Below are positions 59,127 to 64,000 of a DNA stretch of 64,000 nucleotides, in pieces. Under the pieces are notes generated by a model that did no database searches, was not told the DNA's origin, and saw only the letters and a program-made list of their open reading frames with translations. The position numbers and the translations under genes are program-made. How positions within the stretch are numbered: the stretch's first letter is position 1; the number at the start of each line of letters is the position of its first letter. The stretch comes from Calcarisporiella thermophila CBS 279.70. Taxonomy: Eukaryota; Fungi; Calcarisporiellomycota. The stretch lies in assembly GCF_041956535.1 (NCBI RefSeq), contig NW_027192203.1, positions 706,315 to 770,314 of the forward strand, in the 5' to 3' direction.

Positions 59127-59634
59127 CGGGCTCAAGTTTTTATTTTATTTCATCTCTTTCTCTTGCATTGTTCATTTCCCCTTTGTTTTATAGCCTCTTT
59201 ATAGTGTTCAACTTGGATTGCACAAATATACACCCCTACATATACCCACACTTACGCGCATTTTTCTATATTTTTCTGTTTTTTTTTTCCTCTCTACTAT
59301 GAGTTTTATTTATTTTTATCTTTTGTTTCGGAAGCATTCTTTGTGAAATTTGCTGAGATGCTGGACCACTTCGAACATGGGATGTTCAAAGGATATTCTT
59401 ATTTAAGTCGTGTGGTGCAGTATTTCGGTTTAGTAGTTGTGTTGTGCAATAAAATTCTCGCGTCGTTTTCCACATGGACCTTATTGGATTTCGTCCAGAA
59501 TCCTCGCATTCAATCAGGTCATACCACCACAATGTATGGGCTACCTCCACGCAATAAGCTGATCAATGTAATTGATCATTTTGTGCAGAATGCAGATGTC
59601 AACTGAAAAAGTAGGAAAAAATGAAAGAGGAAAT

Positions 59635-59716
59635 CGTCAGAAGCAGGGTTCGAACCTGCGCGGGCAGAGCCCACTAGATTTCAAGTCTAGCGCCTTAACC
59701 ACTCGGCCATCCTGAC
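59635..59716 (-). tRNA. tRNA-Ser(UGA), copy 1
   Basis: GTCAGGATGGCCGAGTGGTTAAGGCG CTAGA-CTTGAAA-TCTAG TGGGCTCTGCCC GCGCAGG-TTCGAA-CCTGC TTCTGACG; long variable arm, G73, downstream T-run. Confidence 0.97.
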
Positions 59717-59794
59717 TTTCCGAGAATTGTGGGGGAATATCAGTATTTCTTACAGATAGTCATAACTGCGCCACTACTGGTAAAAAAGAAACTT

Positions 59795-60404
59795 TGGGGG
59801 AGGGTTAGTGTAGTGGACTATCCCTGGGATGCCGATGAGAACGGCGTGGGTTCGAATCCCACTTCCCCCACCAGCACTTACTCTTAGTTTGTGACTGCTA
59901 TCCACTTGATCAGAAGCTGAGTCTTGATTATTAAAAAGATCGCCCTTACGATAAGTACAACGATTACATTGGTTTCACGTACATGCTATTCACGTCAACT
60001 ACGATACACGCATATCGATTGAACGTCTATCGATCCAGGACCTATATCTCGTTATGTTAAANNNNNNNNNNNNNNNNNNNNNNNNNNNNNNNNNNNNNNN
60101 NNNNNNNNNNNNNNNNNNNNNNNNNNNNNNNNNNNNNNNNNNNNNNNNNNNNNNNNNNNNNNNNNNNNNNNNNNNNNNNNNNNNNNNNNNNNNNNNNNNN
60201 NNNNNNNNNNNNNNNNNNNNNNNNNNNNNNNNNNNNNNNNNNNNNNNNNNNNNNNNNNNNNNNNNNNNNNNNNNNNNNNNNNNNNNNNNNNNNNNNNNNN
60301 NNNNNNNNNNNNNNNNNNNNNNNNNNNNNNNNNNNNNNNNNNNNNNNNNNNNNNNNNNNNNNNNNNNNNNNNNNNNNNNNNNNNNNNNNNNCAAAAAAAA
60401 AAAA
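59795..60404 (+). mobile_element. Putative tRNA-derived SINE (head 59796-59873, body spans the assembly gap, poly(A) tail)
   Basis: A box TAGTGTAGTGG, B box GGTTCGAATCC, acceptor-like stem ending in encoded CCA; flanked by AAAAAAGAAACTT direct repeats. Confidence 0.65.
60062..60391. other. Assembly gap (330 N)
   Basis: Run of n characters. Confidence 1.
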
Positions 60405-60415
60405 GAAACTTCTTT

Positions 60416-60846
60416 CTTCAGTCCTACACGGATCGACCACCCAACACGGAAAACTATCTCTAGGCCAAAAAGCCCATCAAAGAACAATATCCCCTTAAAG
60501 ATCAAGAGCCTCCCTAAGGCAAAAGCGGCCAGTAGTCCCAATGGAACATGAGCTTAGATATATATTACAGCGACAGTAAATGTCATTCTCTCTCAGCACC
60601 TTTGCTCTCTGCATATCAAACGGTATGCGAGAGTAAAGAAAAATCATCTATCTACATTTCATTATCTTATATACTCAAGCATTCAAATCAACCAACTCTA
60701 ACAATCTATCTACCTTTTCTTATTTGTAAACCACTTCAAGGTAGGCTGGGGGCAGTACCCAGGTGATTTTGACGTAGAAGTTACCCTACCTTGTTAACTG
60801 TACAGGAGCCTTTTCAATAAAAAGTTTCCTTAGTTGAAAAAAAAAA
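60416..60846 (+). mobile_element. 5'-truncated non-LTR retroelement 3' end (unit 2)
   Basis: Structured 3' motif at 60737-60815, TTTTCAA..TTGAAAA hairpin, poly(A), flanking target repeats. Confidence 0.6.
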
Positions 60847-60859
60847 GAAACTTCTTTTC

Positions 60860-61340
60860 ATCCAGGACACCTCTGAAGATCAAATCCCAGTCCCAACTCC
60901 GGCTTGAGAACTGCACCTAACCCTTCACTGCTATATATTAATACCATCTCCTCTATCGTTCTTTTCCCCATCTTTCCTTTTTTTTTTCTCTTCCTTCTTT
61001 TACTTTTTCAATCCTTCACTTCTCTTCATTATTTCATGTACATAAGCATCCTATCTTAATACCATTGCACACAACATTTTATCCCTCCCTCTCACATTTA
61101 TTTCTTTCCCCTTCTTTATTAAGCTAATTTCTGTTTTCATACTTTCCTAGCTCTTTCCCCATCACATTTTCTCCCTTCCTCTTACACTTAAATCCTTTTC
61201 TTTCTTTCTTTTTTCCTTCTATCCTCCAAATTCTGCAAGGTAGGCCAGGAGTATTACCTGGGCGATTTTGACGTAGAAGCTACCCTACCTTTTTAACAGG
61301 ATAGGATACTTTTCAATAATGGTCCTTTGTTAAAAAAAAA
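60860..61340 (+). mobile_element. 5'-truncated non-LTR retroelement 3' end (unit 3)
   Basis: Pyrimidine-rich body, homologous structured motif at 61236-61315, poly(A), flanking target repeats. Confidence 0.6.
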
Positions 61341-61490
61341 CTTCTTTTCTTCTTTAGCTTTATCCACAATTAATTTTATGTTACTTTAATAACCTTTCGG
61401 CAAATTACTAGTGCTTTGATAATATTCAAGTTTGTTCTGTTTTGTTAAATTGGTTTGTTTAACCAGTTTGCTTATTCAGTTCGTTTAGTT

Positions 61491-61662
61491 TTATTATATA
61501 TGGAGAAATTCAAGCGTGAGTGAACGGGGAGACGGATTAGTTTTTTTAATATTGAGTAATAGTCTTGAAATTTATTGTCTCATTTTCTTTTTTATAAGAA
61601 AATATTGCTTTTTTTTTGTTTACGTACAAATCTTCACGGTATACCCCGAAATTCACGTAACA
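61491..61662 (+). repeat. LTR-like repeat (inverted homologue of 62245-62420)
   Basis: TATATA..GGAGACGGATTAG..ATTGAGTAATAG..AAATTCACGTAACA aligns with the reverse complement of 62245-62420. Confidence 0.7.
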
Positions 61663-61689
61663 TCTTTGCTACGTGAATTTAGGGTTAAC

Positions 61690-62150
61690 CTCGATTGCCT
61701 CTTCAAGAGTCGTTTGTTCCATTCTATATACGTTGGTCGCTAACTCAGTTCTAAGTGCGTTGATTTAATACTGAATTTAGTCTTCCTCCCTCGACTCCCC
61801 TTGGATCCCCAGACTGTCGAGGAGGGTTTTTATATCGGAAGCAACGTTATCGACTGATTCATCCTTTTTTTGTTTTCTTGTTTTTTGTGCTGTTCCCCAT
61901 ATTTCCTTCCGTACTTCTGATTTATAGTACTGAAGGAATTCTACACGAAACTTGGACCAAGTATTTAAATTCGCTTGGTTGCGTTGATACCACGTTGCAG
62001 CGCTCCCAAGACAAAATGAACCGACTACCTGACAGGACGTTTCGTCGGTCCAATTATTGGCTTTACGAATAATCTCAAATGATTGCACCCATCCAACAGA
62101 GTCCTATCTAAGTGTACCATACCATAGTGTTGGCGTTGCCACTCGGTGCT
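61690..62150 (-). pseudogene. Degenerate Ty3/gypsy-type gag
   Basis: TPTLWYGTLR*DSVGWVQSFE..ANNWTD..LGSAATWY..TWSKFRVEFL..KQKKDESVD..ED*IQY*INALRTELA..TLEEAI, with three in-frame stops. Confidence 0.8.
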
Positions 62151-62224
62151 CAGGCCCTCGCGAAGCAGTTGAACTCACTAATGGGTTGATTGTTAAAGTT
62201 CGTCAGGATTTTATGTCACTGATG

Positions 62225-62420
62225 GTCTCTCACGTCCCACCAAATGTTACGTGAATTTAGGGGTGTACAGTGAATATTTGTATGTAAGGAAACAAAAGAA
62301 AGATTTTCTTTTCAGAAGAAAATAAGACAATAAACTTCAAAACTATTACTCAATGTTCAAAAACCAATCCGCCTCCCTTTTCATGAAGAATTAATTCCTC
62401 CCCTTATATAACAATAAAAC
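62225..62420 (-). mobile_element. 5' LTR (62245 to about 62420 or beyond) plus tRNA primer-binding site (62225-62242)
   Basis: Minus strand reads TATATAAGGGG...CACGTAACA-TT-TGGTGGGACGTGAGAGAC, directly upstream of gag. Confidence 0.7.
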
Positions 62421-63170
62421 AATAACAAAAGAAAACCTCATCCTTACATACAAATAAACACGATAACGCAAAGCAATCTCAATTAAAAGCATTGAAAAAA
62501 AAAGAAACTTCAAAGGAATTAGGATATCTAGGAGTAAAGAATAACTTAGTGCATAACTGGTAAAAAAGGTTTTTATATGGCGCAGTTATGGCTGTCTATA
62601 CGAATTATCGATATTCCCGTAGCAAAAATTTTTGAAAAAATAATATATTTAAAACTTTCATACCTGAAATTTTCGCGTTGGTACGGCCTATTGTCCAAAT
62701 TTTGCTCGACTTGGCTGTCTAGGAGATACACAATGACCATATTGATTTTCATCTTGACAAAATTCAAGTATCATCCATTTTTCTCTACAACTGTACCATA
62801 GATAAATATCGAGGAACCATTTGGAGCAGAATTGATAACACAAAGGTGGCGAGAGGCCGTCATTTCTTTTATTTTCTTTGAGCTAATATTCACACTTACT
62901 AGATGTTGTTGAGATATATCCTATCATGACACTGAACGACGATATTTTTCACTTATTATTCCATACGACTTTATTTTTGTTGCTTTTTTTTCCTGTGTAA
63001 ATGATGTATTAATAATGTTTTCTCAGTTGAAAACTCAAGATTGATAAAAAAAAAGAATTCGCACACCAAATATACTTATCCCGCCCACATTTACAATTTT
63101 TTTTATATCATTGATATATTATATTGGGGACCAAACTCGGTAATGAAAGCCCCCAAAATTGTCAGAAAAA

Positions 63171-63331
63171 TAGGTAGCCCTGAATCAATCTGATGCTCTC
63201 GGGAGGGTACCTGACTGAATTTGACGTAAAGCTCTACCTAGTTAGAATCGGATGGTCAGGATAACGTAATTTATTTCTTATTCTAAAGATAAAATCTCAT
63301 CCAGTGTCATTTTGTTCAATTGAAAAAAAAA
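63171..63331 (+). mobile_element. Third, more diverged copy of the retroelement 3' structure with poly(A)
   Basis: TAGGTAG...TCGGG-AGGGTA-CCTGA-CTGAATTTGACGTAAAG-CT-CTACCTA ... TTCAATTGAAAAAAAAA. Confidence 0.5.
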
Positions 63332-63835
63332 TTAAGCATATTCAATACCAAGTGCAAATTACTTTCTTGGAACTTATGTCGATATGATATCGCCCTTCAA
63401 TCTTGTCTCTCTACTATTACAAATTTACTTAGGAATTAAATGTGGTTTAGCCTGCCAAAAATACCTTCAGGTTAATTGCCGGAAGAATGACCTGCCCAGA
63501 AGAATGGTTGTTGAATTATTTGAAGGCATCTCTACTTCATGTTTATTTTCCTCGTTTACTTCTAATTTTCAGTCCATTTACAGGTATGGAGATGATTACT
63601 GGCTTGATAATACGGCTTTTGGATTGAATGATGTATATGTACTTTCGTCTTGTTTGTGTATTTGGAACCTCTATTGCATTTCTATTCGTCTGAAACAGAA
63701 AGATAATAACCTTTGCCGATCCGGTTAAATTCTCTTTTTTTTTTTAAAAAAAAAAATAGATGCTCAACAAAGCGAGTTGCTTTAAAAAGTTCTACTAAAA
63801 AAAGAGAAAAAAAAAAGAACAGTTACACACTTTTC

Positions 63836-63917
63836 CGTCAGAAGCAGGGTTCGAACCTGCGCGGGCAGAGCCCACTAGATTTCAAGTCTAGCGCCTTAAC
63901 CACTCGGCCATCCTGAC
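63836..63917 (-). tRNA. tRNA-Ser(UGA), copy 2 (identical)
   Basis: Same 82-nt sequence as copy 1. Confidence 0.97.
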
Positions 63918-64000
63918 GATACTATTCGCATGGCGTCGCCTTAACCGTCGGCATTCTTTATGTAAAAATGATCCATTTTCCGTCGATATCGCGCAATTGA

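Larger units (their letters stand above)
59753..62598. mobile_element. Tc1/mariner-like MITE shell (21-bp TIRs, TA flanks) interrupted by nested retroelements
   Basis: TA|CAGATAGTCATAACTGCGCCA (59753-59773) versus TGGCGCAGTTATGGCTGTCTA|TA (62578-62598); 18/21 inverted match. Confidence 0.55.

Noticed and set aside
59796-59873. Selenocysteine tRNA or a functional tRNA-Leu(GAG)
   Set aside because: There is no UCA anticodon, arm spacing is non-canonical, CCA is encoded and there is no terminator; a SINE head fits better.
59999-60551. ORFs containing X runs
   Set aside because: Artefacts of translating the N gap.
60737-61315. Known ribozyme class or SECIS element
   Set aside because: No CUGANGA/GAAA, HDV, twister or pistol core and no AUGA/GA quartet could be fitted by eye; kept only as an unassigned structure.
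59782-62511. CRISPR array
   Set aside because: Eukaryotic context, 13-bp A-rich repeats, spacers of 0.4-1.2 kb ending in poly(A), and no cas genes; these are target-site duplications.
63384-63728. 114-aa ORF in the TE island
   Set aside because: AT-rich with no domain recognised; likely chance or decayed TE sequence.

Overview
Eukaryotic, intron-rich fungal DNA, most likely from an early-diverging lineage (Mucoromycota or Zoopagomycota). This is inferred from short GT-AG introns, fungal H3/H4, and STRA6-like and CYRI genes. Bases 1-59,300 are a dense, often head-to-head gene array: H3/H4, Erv14, Sub1/PC4, LYRM5-like, STRA6-like, Tgl4-like patatin, HSF-type factor, Trs120, Prp2/DHX16, three tandem M14 carboxypeptidases, Ecl1-like, anoctamin, DUF1647, ankyrin ORF, GST, FAH-family hydrolase, a divergent Gtr1/RagA, Pop7, alpha/beta hydrolase, CYRI, Iwr1, Leu5, Mss4, Vma21 and an RBR E3 ligase. 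The last 4.3 kb lie between two identical tRNA-Ser(UGA) genes and hold a nested mobile-element cluster. Four poly(A)-tailed units are stacked at one repeatedly duplicated target (AAAAAAGAAACTT) about 65 bp upstream of the tRNA. The cluster includes a tRNA-derived CCA-bearing SINE head, a covarying 3' RNA structure, a decayed gag with PBS between inverted LTR-like repeats, and a TA-flanked MITE-like shell. The strongest candidates for new biology are the fungal STRA6/RBPR2-like membrane protein and the polarised retroelement array. All gene models were read by eye and no database searches were run.
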